64,000 nt of DNA from Octopus vulgaris. Taxonomy: Eukaryota. Numbering within the stretch: position 1 is the first letter of the stretch; the number at the start of each line of letters is the position of its first letter. The notes below the pieces were generated by a model. The model made no database searches. It had not been told where the DNA came from and was given only the letters and a program-made list of their open reading frames with translations. A program made the position numbers and the translations under genes. Positions 50,799-64,000 of this stretch are shown piece after piece. The stretch lies in contig OX597823.1 of assembly GCA_951406725.2 (NCBI GenBank), positions 21,638,001-21,702,000 on the forward strand, in the 5' to 3' direction.

Positions 50799-51097
50799 GC
50801 ACTCCGTCGGTTACGACGACGAGGGTTCCGGTTGATCCGAATCAACGGAATAGCCTGCTCGTGAAATTAACGTGTAAGTGGCTGAGCACTCCACAGACAC
50901 GTGCACCCTTAACGTAGTTCTCGGGGATATTCAGCGTGACACAGAGAGTGACAAGGCCGGCCCTTTGAAATACAGGTACAACAGAAACAGGAAGTAAGAG
51001 TGAGAGAAAGTTGTGGTGAAAGAGTACAGCAGGGATCACCACCATCCCCTGCCGGAGCCGCGTGGAGCTTTAGGTGTTTTTGCTCAATAAACACTCA
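50799..51097 (-). mobile_element. SINE family C (5'-truncated) inside Tx1 ORF1
   Basis: Near-identical to 41150-41447; TSD CACAGAACATCT. Confidence 0.9.
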
Positions 51098-53920
51098 CAC
51101 AGAACATCTAAAACTGTAGACACAACAGGAACAACAAGACCATCACCACTACAGTCAAGCAAGCAAATTAAACAACACCAACACAAAACACCCAGCCTCA
51201 TACTCATAGAAGGGACAGCGAGGAACACAAAACATTAAATTCGAAACAGGGGGAGTGATATTCGAATCGAACACATTTCGCGTACCAGAAGATTTACTTC
51301 TAGTATGAATGTCGCTCGATTCCTACACAAAAATTCGAGAGATCCTTCCAGAGGACGTGGGAACCTCGAACGTGAAACCCACATTGAGGCTCTTAAAGGG
51401 GTCTCCCACCCCACCAAAAAAAAAACATCAATTATGGAAGTCAAATCACCCGACCTTCACAAGACACTGGGAGGTAAGTAAAGCTTTCCCTTCTCTCTTT
51501 AGCTTACCAGCATAGCCTTATTAAGAATAAGATTTTTAAATGTTCGAGGCCTGGGGTCGCCCTGGAAGCAAGCACGCCTGCTCAACGACCTCAGGTCTCT
51601 AGAATTGGATATAATTGCTGTCAATGAGACCAGGATCTCCAATATACGCGCACTGGCCCCCATGTTCGACGGCTTCCGATTTTTGCATCTGTTAGTCGGT
51701 CGGGAATGGAAGATGGAGTGACAGTGCTCTTTAGGAAAGAACTGGATCTGAGGTAAGGTCGATCTTCCGGAACCCGGACGGAAATTTGGTGGTCCTGGAC
51801 GTGAGCAATAGTGAAGGTAGTGTCTTTAGATTGGTGGCCGTCTACGCCCCTGCCGCAGCCAAACGGCCGGATTTTTTAGGCGTCTGGAAGCCTTTCTAGG
51901 TACGTCTCGCCCTTTACTGGGGACTGGAACGGAATCTTAGACCAACGCTGAGGTTGTGTGGAAGCAGCTGATAGAAGAGGGGAGTGCAAATGCCTCAAGC
52001 ACCTGATCAGCCAGTTCCAACTGTTTGACAGGTACCGACGAGAGTTCCCTACGGCGCCAGTGTGGACCTGAAACAACCGCTTAGGATTATCTAGATCGTA
52101 TAAAGATAGGATTTTCACTAGGGAAATAGATAGTAATAGTGCAGGATATCCACTTTTTAAAACGGTCGGCTATTCAGACCATAAGTTTGTAATCTGTACA
52201 GTCGACCTAGTTAAGGCGCGTGGGTTAGAACCGGGTACTGGAAGCTGAACGTGTCGCATCCTACACGTAAGGATTACAGGGACCGGGTCAACAATCTGGT
52301 TAATAAGAAGTTGATAGGGGGGTCGTCAACAACAGGTGGTGGGTGGCTCTCATAAGAGAGATTAGAATGATATCGATAGTGTTTAGCAAAAAAGTAGCGT
52401 TAGAAAAAATAGAAAGGAGGAGGGGTTAGTAGCTAAACTAGGTAAGGCTGTTTGTAGTGGCATTGCAACCGACGTGCTAGCAACGAGAATGGTATTAGAC
52501 CAGTTCTTCAATGCGCAACATGAAGGTTGCATTGTCAGAGCTAAGGCACGTGCTCTCGGAAACGAGGGGATCAAAGCTGTTCGATGGACCCGCGTGGCGG
52601 AGGCGCAGCATGGTAACAAAACTACAATTCGGTCTTTAACTGACCGAGACGGACACGAGCTGAGCGATCCCAGGCAGATGTATGAGACCTTTCGTCAGCA
52701 CTTTGCTCGGTTGTTCGGAGAGAGTGGTAGAGCGGAGATGGTGGTGGGCTTCAGTCCCCCACCTCGTCGGTTTGCCGCGTCTCGCGACAGCCGACGCTAT
52801 GCGCTGTAAAATGCAGATAACTAGCCGAAATTTAGGATGCCCTCGTTGGCTGCACGAAGTGCAAGTCACCCTGTTTAGATGGACTGCCCTATGAACTTTA
52901 CGTAAATACGCCAGACTTGTTCTCTGATCTCCTTGAAACGCTCTACTGCAACTGGCAGAAGAGCGGGAGCGTTCCCAGTTCTGTGAGCCGGAGCATAGTA
53001 ACACTGATAAGGAAAGACGAAAACAAGAGGGACACATTAAGTAACTTCAGGCCCATAATTCTACTTAACACAGAGTTTAAGATTTTGGCAAAGATTTTGG
53101 CAAATATATTAGCAAAGAGGTTGGCGATGGTCGTCGAGGATTTGGTTGCGGAAGCGCAAACTTGCACAATCCCGACTAGGTCCATACATGACAACCTCTA
53201 CCTCATGCGATACATCATAGAAAGGGTAGGGTATAAACCTGGCTTCCGTGGGGTGCTGATAAATTTAGATCAACTAAAAGCATTCGATAGGGTTAACCAT
53301 CGATATCTAGAGGCTGTTCTCAAAGCGGCTGGCTTCGGCCCTATCAGAGGTTGGATCGCGGCAATGCACAGCGGCAACTGCTCGGTGGTCAAAGTCAGTA
53401 GTCTCCTCTCTGGAGACCGTTTCAGATCTCCCGATCGGTCCGTCAAGGGTGCCCTCTCTCCTCCCTTCTGTACGTACTGACTCTTGAGCTTTATTGCGGA
53501 AACTGGAGCTGCTGCAGAGCATCCTGCTCGAATCGGGACGCAGAAGGGCCGCGTCGGCGTATGCGGGCGACATCGCCGTGATAGTGTCGGACACCTCAGA
53601 AATCGAAGAGGTCGGCACATCATTGGAGAAATATGAAAAGTTGACGGGAGCAAAACTTAACCCGGAAAAGTCGGTGGACTTGCAACTTGGCACCTGGAGA
53701 AGCAAGTCCATGCCGTCCAACAGCGTCGTTGGGCACTGGATGGGCGGACCGGTAAAGTTGCTTGGGGTTTGGTTCGGATCAGACCTCCAGGTAGATAAGA
53801 ATTGGGACAACGTGACGAGCAGGGTAGCAAGTCTCACCCAGAAACGGGCTGAGAGGAAGCTGTCACTGAAAAGTCTGGCGGAGGTGGCGAATTCGTACAT
53901 CGCGTCCGTCATCTACAACC

Positions 53921-54145
53921 TATTTCTTTACTACCCACAAGGGGCTAAACACAGAGGGGACAAACAAGGACAGACAGACGGATTAAGTCGATTATATCGA
54001 CCCCAGTGCGTAACTGGTACTTAATTTATCGACCCCGAAAGGATGAAAGGCAAAGTCGACCTCGGCGGAATTTGAACTCACAACGTAACGCAGACGAAAT
54101 ACCGCTAAGCATTTCGCCCAGCGTGCCAACGTGTCTGCCAGCTCG
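53921..54145 (-). mobile_element. SINE family B inside Tx1 ORF2
   Basis: 15-bp TSD CCGTCATCTACAACC (53906 and 54146). Confidence 0.93.
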
Positions 54146-54745
54146 CCGTCATCTACAACCGCTTCACCGTTGTGCTTTGTCCCCGTTCGCTCCTCGCCAA
54201 GTTGGAGCGTCTCCACTCTAAATTCTTGTGGAGAGGACAGGTTCCTTTGGTGAGACGGTCCATCTGCTGCCAACACCCTCTACGCGAAGGGCTGGGCATG
54301 CCGTGGCTAATGATGCACAGACATGCGCTGAAGCTGCGGCATTTCCAGATATCCTACCTAAACGGTGAACAGATGTGGTCGCCGTTTGTCAGACAAGCCT
54401 TTCATCTGCTCGTCTCATTGACTGAGCTGCAGTCCTGGGTCAAGAGACCGAGGCAGGATGACTGGCATCTGGAATGTTACCAGAATATACCCTCCAACCT
54501 TCATCAGGTGTCTTGGGAAATCTCGAACCTGGGTTCCCATTCCTAAGGTATTTTTCGATGTTGTTGTTCTCATTATAACTTGTTGCTTTTCACACAATTG
54601 AAATAATACTTATAATACTTTCCACCATGGGCACCATGCCCCCAAATTTTGGGGAGGTGATAATCTATTACATAGACCCAAGTACGAGACTGGTACTAAT
54701 CCGATAAAATATATCCCGATCCGATAAAATATATACCAGAAAATT

Positions 54746-55050
54746 CTATGTGTCTGACTCATAGGGGACGATTCTTCTGTTGTTTATAGCCCCAGGAAGA
54801 CATCTCCTCCAGCTGGCTAACGACACACAATCTGTGTCCGATCAGTATTTGCGAAGAGAAATCTTCGTTCCCATCTCTAACCTTACGTGCGGGTCCGTGT
54901 ATATCACGTCAGGCTAGAGATGGGAACGATGATTTCCTTTCGCAAATACTGATCGGACACAGACAGTGTATCATTAGCCAGATGGAGGAGATGTCTTCCT
55001 GGGGCTATAAACAACAGTAGCATCGTCCTATATGGGTCAGCCACATTTAG
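54746..55050. mobile_element. Foldback/MITE-like element with ~140-bp inverted arms and short spacer
   Basis: TGTTGTTTATAGCCCCAGGAAGACATCTCCTCCA...CGTTCCCATCTCTA / TAGAGATGGGAACG...TGGAGGAGATGTCTTCCTGGGGCTATAAACAACA. Confidence 0.8.
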
Positions 55051-55737
55051 GTGGCAGATATACTTCACGATGTCGTGCTGCTACTGTTTACATCTCACTC
55101 AGAGATTTATTATTGCTTAATCTTCATCCGATATTGATATATTTCATTCCTTTGCACAATGGCCGATTCCTCTATTTGTGGTGAATTATGTGCTTAAGTA
55201 AAAAACTATTTTTGAAAAAAAAAAGCCGTTTTCGGTGTTATGTCTAGACCGTCAAGTCAAACACCGATCAGGCTTCCGATAATTAATTATTGATTGCACG
55301 ATCTTAGAGATTTACTTTCACTTGCTCAGATCAATCCAGTTCAATTAGATCGTTAATGATAATAGGATGTCAAAATCCTAGCCGCCACCAATAACGCTCA
55401 CCAAACCACTCCTAATACTTCAAGATCAAACTCATAATTGATTACATATTAAAATACTTCTTTATTTTCCATATTGTAGCAGAAAGAGGTGACGTCGTCG
55501 TCGTCGTCGTCATCGTTGTCGTAGCTGCTTTTGCTTGACCTCAGGCGAAATCTGAATGAGCGAGCCTATGATAAAAGTCACTAAAGGCACGATCATCTCT
55601 TTTTGTTTTTTCATTATTATTTTGTTGTTTGTACATGCGTTTTCTGCAGCATTGTAGGCCTCTGGGTCGTATAGTTTCTATTTTTAATTTAAAGACAGCA
55701 AACCGCAACATACATAGGTCTGAATTGGCCCTCTAGA

Positions 55738-56338
55738 AGGCGGCGAGCTGACAGAAACGTTAGCGCGCAGGACGAAATGCTTAGCGGTATTTCGTCTGCC
55801 GCTACGTTCTGAGTTCAAATTCCGCCGAGGTCGACTTTGCCTTTCATTCTTTCGGGGTCGATTAAATAAGTACCAGTTACGCACTGGGGTTGATGTAATC
55901 GACTTAATCCCTTTGTCTATCCTTGTTTGTCCCCACTGTGTATAGCCCCATGTGGGCAGTAAAGAAATGGGTATTTGGTCTGCCGTTATGTTATGAGTTC
56001 AAATTCCGCCGAGGTCGACTTTGCTTTTCATCCTTTCGGAGTCGATAAATTAAGTACCATTTACGCACTGGGGTCGATGTAATCGTCTTAATCCATTTGT
56101 CTGTCCTTGTTTGCCCCCTCTATGTTTAACCCCTTGTGGGTAATAAAGAAATAAGAAACGTTAGCTTAACAGTATTTCGTCTGTCTTTACGTTCTGAGTT
56201 CAAATTCCACCGAGGTCGACTTTGCCTTTTATCCTTTCGAGGTCGATAAATTAAGTACCAGTTGCGTACTGGAATCGATCTAATCGACTAGCACCCTCCC
56301 CCAAAATTTTGGGCCTTGTGCCTAGAGTAGAAAAGAAA
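55738..56338 (+). mobile_element. SINE family B trimer inserted as one unit
   Basis: Three bodies; flanking TSD GAATTGG(C/G)CCTCTAGA. Confidence 0.88.
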
Positions 56339-57000
56339 CGAATTGGGCCTCTAGACTTGCGAGAACCTGGGTAACTGCCCAGTGTGCCCATGCCTTAAGA
56401 CGACTCCGGTTTTCTGGAATAGTATATCGCAGACTACAATATTTAATGTGTTCTCTTTTAAAGAAAATAATTGTAGTGTGAAGAAGGTTTGGCTGCTATT
56501 TCTAGAAAGCCAATCAAATACTTAGAGACTCGTATTATTATTGGTTCAATTGATGCGTGAGATGCAACATTTTGTACAAAAAGAATCGCTTGATATAATA
56601 AATCAAATATCCAACTAATTCGCGGAGAATTAATTAATAATTAAAAACTACTTTTGGTTTTGGATTTATTTTTCTTTGTTCATTGCTGCCGTTGTTCGAT
56701 TGTTTTTTGTCTTTGTGGGGGAGAGTCCTCTAAAATCACAGATTTTAATAACTTGGTTTTTAACCTAAAGTGATTTTTATAACGTTGGAAGGCAACTTAA
56801 TTGAACTAAAATTACAATACAGGGCAAATGTCTATTATCTAAATACGGTTGAGAGCTGGAGGAAAAAGTTAAGACTATTCTTTGCTTTTATTATTATTAT
56901 CATCATCATCATTATCATCACCATCATCATCATCATCCACATCACCATCACCACCACCACCACCACCATCATCATCATCATTATTACTATTATTATTATT

Positions 57001-57322
57001 GAGTGAGAGAGCAGTGCATGCCATCAAAGTGACACTGGGGTAAAATATACGAAGCCCAATATACCCATCACAACTACCCGTCTGATAAGGGTACACCAGG
57101 CACATGCATCACAACCATATGTGCGCGACATGGTGATCTTATATCAAGATAAACAGCGCATGTCCTTGCAAGTGGGGCCCAGTTAGAATTTTCTTATGGT
57201 CGAGTAACCCATCCCACTCAAAAGGTCCCTGAATAAGGGTTGTTTAAGGATGTTGAACGAAACACCCATGTTTCCAGAAGTGAATTATTCAAACCCCAAA
57301 GAATCCCTCTCAACACATGGCT
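57001..57322. mobile_element. (ATT)n-associated repeat, copy of 24311-24632
   Basis: Near identity. Confidence 0.8.
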
Positions 57323-57781
57323 GTATCTGATAACTTCGGTCATTTGTGTTTTATCAGATCCATGACACAGAAAGAATTGACTGTACTAGCTATTTGGTCT
57401 ATATTTCAAACCCCAGCTACCGAGAGCCATGGAAGGAGCCTCTCCGTGGCCGCTTGATCTACTAGAATAGCAGCCATATCCTTCTCAAATCATACCACAC
57501 CCTTTTTGTTTTTTGAAATTGGCGATGTAGTTCTAGCAATCTTGAATATGCATTGGCAGGTAACAGCTGCAATGCCTTCAATCACAGGTCTGTCTCACTG
57601 AGGGTTGACCTAGTTTTCCTTTTTTCCCTTGCTGTACACTATGTTTTCTAGTGATTGAGCACATGAACCATATGGTTAACCAGTTTAGAATAACTGGGCA
57701 GGAGACGAGGGAATGGTACTGAAAAAGAATTGGCTAAAAAATGAAAAATATTTGAGGATATTTGAGCGATCGTATATAATA

Positions 57782-58014
57782 AAGGCGGCGAGCTGGCAGA
57801 AACGTTAGCACACCGGGCGAAATGCGTAGCCGTATTTTGTCTGCCATTACGTTCTGAGTTCAAATTCTGCCGAGGTCGACTTTGCCTTTCATCCTTTCGG
57901 GGTCGATAAATTAAGTACCAGTTTCGCGCTGTGGTCGATGTAATCGACTTAATCCGTTTGTCTGTCCTTGTTTGTCCTCTCTGTGTTTAGCCCCTTGTGG
58001 GTAGTAAAGAAATA
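57782..58014 (+). mobile_element. SINE family B monomer
   Basis: TSD CGTATATAAT. Confidence 0.92.
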
Positions 58015-58379
58015 CGTATATAATATGCTTCACTGGTTTGGTAGTTGTAGTTGTTATTGTTGTCTTTTAACCTTGATCGAATGAGCCTATAATCAAAAGC
58101 GCTCTCCTCTAGATCATTCCGTCATTTCAGATATAGTTTATAGCAGATTACATAGACCAATATAACCTTTTTTTTACAAAGACGATTGTATGTGGTTTGG
58201 GAGAGATTTAGCAGTTATTTATAGGCTACATAAATACTTCCTCATTGGCCTACGTTTTCATTTGGAGAATATGCGCCAAATTAGTTGAGCCGGACACTAC
58301 TTTCTGGTTGTTGAGTGTAGAGAGGGAGCAGGCAACGATATTTGAAGCCTCAATATTCAATTCAAATAATTTTGTAGAG

Positions 58380-59400
58380 CATCACAGGGCTTCCAGATGA
58401 AGATACTTGGTGAAAAAAATTGTGAATCCTGATAAAAATTGCGGTCACCTTCAGAATCCATCAGTATTTGAACGAGTAATAAAAAGGTTATTTACATGGG
58501 TCACCTCCTCCAAGACAAGTACCAAAGCAGTCAATGCAAATTCCAATCAAAACTTGTGCTTGCTTCTTTTGTGGTGAGGAATATAGTAGAACGAATTGTC
58601 CTTTCCGGGAGCTTAGCTTTGATAAAAATATTCATGACGGAGAGATTGATTTTAGATAGTGTCCATGTATGGTACACCTTTCTGAAGGAGAACTATCTGG
58701 TTGATATTAAAACTAAGTACTATAGGAATTGCTACAATAAATTCGATCACCACTACTATAAATTGATCCGAATCAGAAACTAAAGTACAGAAAACATTGA
58801 TGTTGCAATTCGTCAAAATGGTTGCTGCAGGGTGCAACATTTTTAGAAGATGAAAGATTAGAATAACATGACATCCAGAAGTCTGTGAACTGATGCTAGT
58901 TTGAAAGAAATGATACATGCGAATTCTTCCTTCGGGTAGGGGCATAAAAGGAAAGCCATGATAATATAGGATAGCTCAATTACTTTGAGACAAGCAGTAA
59001 TATTGTTTCAAATACCAGTTAGATAGTCAAGCATTAGTGACGTAATGATGGTAGGTTTTACGTCGGTTTCGACGTTGAGAATTCAGATGTTCAGTTTACT
59101 AATTTCTTGCATGGAAGGTGCTAATATTCATCTGAGAATGGGAATGTCGCATGACTAGAGGTTTAGAGAGAATACCTTCAATGAGTGATGCCTTGGATCA
59201 GCATCTTTCAAGCATCGTAGTTTCATGATACGATTATATTAATGTAAAATTCTTACAACCACAGAAGAACTGAAACAGAGAAGTAGCTGGTTCTTCTAGT
59301 TTAAACTACATGAGCACTTGCTAGAGATTATATTCACTCTTGATATAAATTGTTCCAACACAAAATCTTAATTCATTGCGCAAGTGTAAAAACAGCAAAA
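58380..59400 (+). pseudogene. Possible decayed DNA-transposon protein (Academ-like N-terminal region)
   Basis: High-complexity coding-like tract; EKIVNPDKN...TFLKEN...KYYRNCYNKFD resembles the K-Y-H-x-x-C motif of such proteins; weak. Confidence 0.25.
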
Positions 59401-59616
59401 CTGATAGAAACACGTTTGTGCAGCTGAAAATCTACAGAATAAATAACTCTTAGATGTTTCTTAGTCATCTCACATTGATTAATATTTGTGTGCTCGTAAA
59501 TTTCGAAGCATTTTCTGCAATTTATAAAATTATTTCATGCATTTTAGCTTTCACTTCTATAATTTTTTTTCTTTTTTATGTCATCGGTGAATCGAGGGTA
59601 GGGGCTTTATAATCAA

Positions 59617-59926
59617 CTAGCAGTATCGCCCGGCGTTGCTCGGGTTTGTAAGGGAAATAACTATATAAGCATTTTTAGAGAGTTACTTCCCTTATATAAC
59701 CGAGCAAAAATCATTAAAAATGCGGAAAAATGATGGTATTTTTTTTTTAAATCGTAGACTCATCGTAGACGCGCGCTAATACCCAGAAGGGCTCGATATG
59801 AATCACGACTATAAGATACCCGCTTTTGGTTAAACTGCACCGCAAAATGTGGGAGTAGTTAGGAATCTAAATCGTAGGAGACAGACAGCACACACACACA
59901 CACAACTTTAGCTTTATATATAAAGA
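59617..59926 (-). mobile_element. Non-autonomous Helitron
   Basis: Reverse complement of 44645-45041 without its internal duplication; TC...CTAG ends. Confidence 0.9.
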
Positions 59927-60336
59927 TATGAGGACTTTTTTTCTCATTTTTTTTTTTTTGGCTAACCATTTTTTTTTAAATTATTAAAGTAAATGTTTTT
60001 GCTATCAAAAACTGGTCCTTGGACATATAAAATACTAATGAGATCTTCATGTGAAAGCAACTAATACTAAATAACAGATAGGGGACTGACCTATGCCTTC
60101 TGAGTTTGGTAGGCGTAGACTGTGTGATAGCTCATCGTATACGTGTGTATGTGTGTGCGTGTGCGCGTGGGTGTATAAGTGTTGACGTCATAAAGATTTA
60201 TAAACTTTGGAGAGAATGTGAAATAATTCTTATTTTTGTGAAAGAGTGGATCTCGAAGCACACAAAGATGTAAATAATAGCATGTAAATATTGGACTTAT
60301 AACTTTATGTGCTTTGAGATCCACACTTCCAAAACA

Positions 60337-60472
<136 letters not shown>

Positions 60473-60475
60473 AGT

Positions 60476-60780
60476 GTTAAGTTAAGTTAATTTTTTGGCT
60501 CAAAAAGCAAAAAGCAAGATCATGTAGAGGGACATGGAGTTATGTACAGGGAGGGTGTTCATGCAAAGAGTTCAGGCCATTTCTGGTCAAGAGAGACTTT
60601 GAACCGAGCGGTCGTCGGCATCTTCACTATCTCGTCCGGCAGCTTATTCCACGGATCCGCAACCCGGACGGAGAAAGCCCCTCTCCTTTGATTGAGATGG
60701 AATCGTCGCAGATAGAGCTTTTCGGAGTGACCCCGCAGCCGACGCTCTGGAGCAGGAGTGAAGAACAGCTCTTTCGAGAG
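60476..60780 (-). mobile_element. CR1-clade LINE 3' end with (TTAAC)n tail
   Basis: LRGHSEKLYLRRFHLNQRRGAFSVRVADPWNKLPDEIVKMPTTARFKVSLDQKWPELFA*. Confidence 0.9.
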
Positions 60781-61991
60781 GTGTTTGTGTGTCTGTGTGT
60801 ATCTGTGTGTCTGTGTGTGTCTCTGCGTATATCCGTGCGTGTCTGTGTGGGTATGTATTTTTGTGCTTGTCCTCCCAGCATCGCTTCACAACTGGTGTTA
60901 GTTTGTTTACGTCTCTCAATATTAATGGTTCGGCAAAAGAGACCGATAGAATAAGAAGCAAATTTTTTTTTAATAAGTACAAGGAGCGAATTGTTTCGCT
61001 AAACATTTCAATGCGCTTCCCCAGCATGACTGAAACAAGTGAAAGCTGAAAGATAGGACAAGAAATTCAAGCATTTGAGCCATTGGAAATATTTTAACTT
61101 CCCTCGAAAACACGACTCCAAGCGCCCCACGTGCTACATTCTTCTGACTGGGTTGATCATTGCCATTCAACCTGATGTTATACTTTAGATTCTTACCATT
61201 AATTGGATACGAAAATTATTGGTTGGCAGGGTACTAACAATAATAGTACCATCCATCCTGTTTCGCTCAAAAGGATTGAGTCGATCCAAGACTACTATAG
61301 AAAGCATTTTCTGGGGGTGTCAGTACCGCAATAACATCAAACCCAGAAACTCCTATAAGCGAAGCGAATTTCTTCACTATTTAACCCCTGCCTAGAAATT
61401 AACAAATTATTTCACCTCCGTCTTTTTACGCTCACACTTGAATATCATTTCTGTTGAGTTTGAATTCTTAAGCTACTCAGGAACAATATCACATTATTAT
61501 TGAGCACCGCGCCACATCCATATATCCGCCCACCAAAACATCAGATGCCATAGTTCTTATCCAATCGCCTTGCTTGATTGAAATCTTCAATGTCAATACC
61601 TCCAATAATGTTATCTCAAAAACTAGTGAAGTTGAGGGGTTCAAATATGCAATAAAAACACTTTAAGTTTGCTTTTCATGTTAGTGTGGTTCAATATCTT
61701 GATTATTTTGCAAGTTATTTCGATATTTGAGGCGGGGTTTATGCGTTATACGTCAAACGCAATACCGAAACGACATAACAATACACTAGTATACATAACA
61801 ATACAAATAAATTTATTTATGATTATAATTGTTGGTGCACTTTTGTGTCTGTAATAGTTAGCAGTACAAAATATATTTTTGAAATACTTTCTATATATGT
61901 AAGTAGAAGACTTTCCCTTTCTTTCTTTCTTTCTTTCTATTTGTCTTTTTCGCCAGTTGTTAAAATGTCCCGGTTCGTATTTGACCCAGTA

Positions 61992-62890
61992 TAAGGCAGT
62001 GAGTTGGCAGAAACGTTAGCACGCCGGGCGAAATGCTAGCGGTATTTCGTCTGCCGTTACGTTCAGAGTTCAAATTCCACCGAAGTCGACTTACGCACTG
62101 GGGTCGATATAATCGACTTAATCCGTTTGTTTGTCCTTGTTTGTCCTCTCTGTGTTTAGCCCCTTGTGGGTAGTAAAGAAAGTTATTTCGTCTGCCGCTA
62201 CGTTCTGAGTTCAAATTCCGCCGAGGTCGATTTTGCCATTCATCCTTTTGGGGTCGATTAAATAAGTGTCAGTTACGTACTGGGGTCGATATAATCGACC
62301 TAATCCGTTTGTCTGTTCTTGTTTGTCTCCTCTATTGACCCAATATAAGGCGGCGAACTGACAGAAACGTTAGCACGCCGAGCGAAATGCTTAGTGGCAT
62401 ATCGCCCGTCCTTACATGTTCTGGGTTCGAATTCTGCCGAGGTCAACTTTGCCGTTCATCCTTCCGTAGTCGAAAAAATATATACCATTTGAATTCTGGG
62501 AGTCGCTGTAATTGACTTAGCCCCTTCACCGAAACTGCTGGCCTTGTGCCAAAATCTGAAAGCAATACTTGACCGAATATATTTTCCAGATTAAGTACTA
62601 ATGAGATTGAACATCAATTGCAGATCCTACTATTTTTCTTAAGATTTTGCCTTTTTTTAATTATTAAATCCAGCGTAGGGTGATGAGCTAGTAGAACCAT
62701 TAGCATGCCGGACAAAATTGATATGTTTGGCGGTATTTCTACCGCAGTGTTCTGAGTTCAAATTCTGCCGAGGTTGACTCTACCTTGCAGGTTCGATAAA
62801 ATATGTAGCTGATGAACACTGAAGTCAGTGTAATCGACTTACCCCACTCCCCTAAAATAAAAATTGCTGGAATTGTGCTAAAATTTAAAA
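61992..62890 (+). mobile_element. Cluster of SINE family B copies (about 61992-62335, 62347-62562, 62680-62890)
   Basis: Repeated GTTCAAATTCYGCCGAGGTCGAC bodies. Confidence 0.85.
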
Positions 62891-62944
62891 CTAAAATTCG
62901 AAAAATTTGCAGCCAGTATAAAACATAAAAAAGAAAGGATTTCC

Positions 62945-63165
62945 CTCTTGAGCCATATCAGGCTCTTAAGGGTTTCAATGGCGTATAAATTCCTCCCCTG
63001 GAAGGGGCGCCGGTCTGTCGCGGGATTACCCATTTTCGCCAGTGGACTGGAGCAACGTGAAATGAAGAGTATTATTGAAGAGCATAACGCATCGCCCGAT
63101 GTAGGAATTGAAACCACAATCTTATAATAGTGAGTCCAACACCCTATCCACAAAGCCACGCGCCT
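62945..63165 (-). mobile_element. SINE, family D-related
   Basis: Reverse-complement homologue of 20378-20605. Confidence 0.7.
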
Positions 63166-64000
63166 CCACAAAACGTAGAACGTCATTCTAAAAATAAATA
63201 TATTCAGTTTCCCAGGTTTAAGCAGTTACGTCCCTTGTAGAACTCTTGTGTTGTAGAGATAAAAAAAAGGTGTTGAAGTATATGTATTTTTTCTAGTTTT
63301 GGGGGCTTTAATCGATATGCTACTTAATTAATTGTCTAATAAAATATAGGAAAAGAAACACCCGTCATATAAACACGTTTGTACAATGTTCTAGTTCTTT
63401 CTGATTTATGTCACCAGCTACCTTCTGACATGTTAATTACATATTAATCATTTCATAAAACGCACCGGCGATGCTTGATGCTTATTCGTGTTGTGCTGTA
63501 GCCAGCACTGAATTTTAGTTAATTGCAGAGTAGAGAATAATACGAAAAAAAAATGTAATGTAATTTTGCAAATACAACTTCATTATAATACTGAGTAAAA
63601 AGAAGGCGGCAAAAGTAAAAACCAGCCCGGGGATATTTAAGCACATGAATTTTAATTTTATTTTTATCTTATTTTTGTTATCTATTCGCAGTCTAATTAA
63701 TGAAATTCGTTATTTTTATGATGCTGTAATCAAATGAAGAAGAAAATTTTAACTGTGTGTATAGTGTATTGTCAGTGTATACAGATAAAGAGGCCTGCAT
63801 CAGATATTTCAAGATGATGCAGTTTAGATTCATACTGAGAGAAAAGAGAATAACGTATGACAAAAAAAGTAGAGGGGTGGACCAGAGGATCTAGTTAAGA
63901 CCGTTCATGCTCAGGCGTTCAAATCCCGTAGAGATCTATTTTGTCTTGCTTCCATGGTTGATAACGTAAGCACCATAAAATGATCCAATACAGTTACCTT

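Larger units (their letters stand above)
50190..54485 (+). mobile_element. Tx1/L1-clade LINE, decayed (ORF1 zinc knuckle, APE endonuclease, RT), with two nested SINEs
   Basis: CFACGEMTHLQSHC knuckle; FLNVRGL...IIAVNETR; YSDH; NFRPIILLNTEFKILAK; LDQLKAFDRV; RQGCPLSP; AYAGD; many frameshifts. Confidence 0.92.

Overview
A repeat-saturated, AT-rich eukaryotic window with no host protein-coding exon I can support. The mix of (TA)n/(TATG)n/(GATA)n/(TAA)n microsatellites and tRNA-derived SINE families is most consistent with a cephalopod (Octopus-like) genome; this is inference. Contents: the 5' part of an apparently young Penelope-like retroelement (PLE) running off the left edge, with a coiled-coil-like ORF1 joined to an ATG-less RT ORF across a U7 slippery site; many type I hammerhead-ribozyme (HHR) modules from several unrelated sequence families, often in tandem or inverted pseudo-LTR arrangements beside (TA)n; decayed Tx1/L1, R4/Dong, Hero, CR1, RTE and Penelope LINE fragments; three mariner elements; three non-autonomous Helitrons; hairpin MITEs; and about 30 copies of four SINE families. 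Most long ORFs in the supplied track are microsatellite or SINE artefacts. Best leads: (1) the putative -1 frameshift in the PLE, (2) a tRNA-promoter + hammerhead mini-element with inverted ends and a 12-bp flanking duplication, (3) a near-canonical hammerhead at the 3' end of a Tx1-like LINE, (4) an interspaced array of about 12 palindromic 23-mers carrying overlapping STAT/ETS/NF-kB-like motifs. Coordinates were read by eye and may be off by a few bases.
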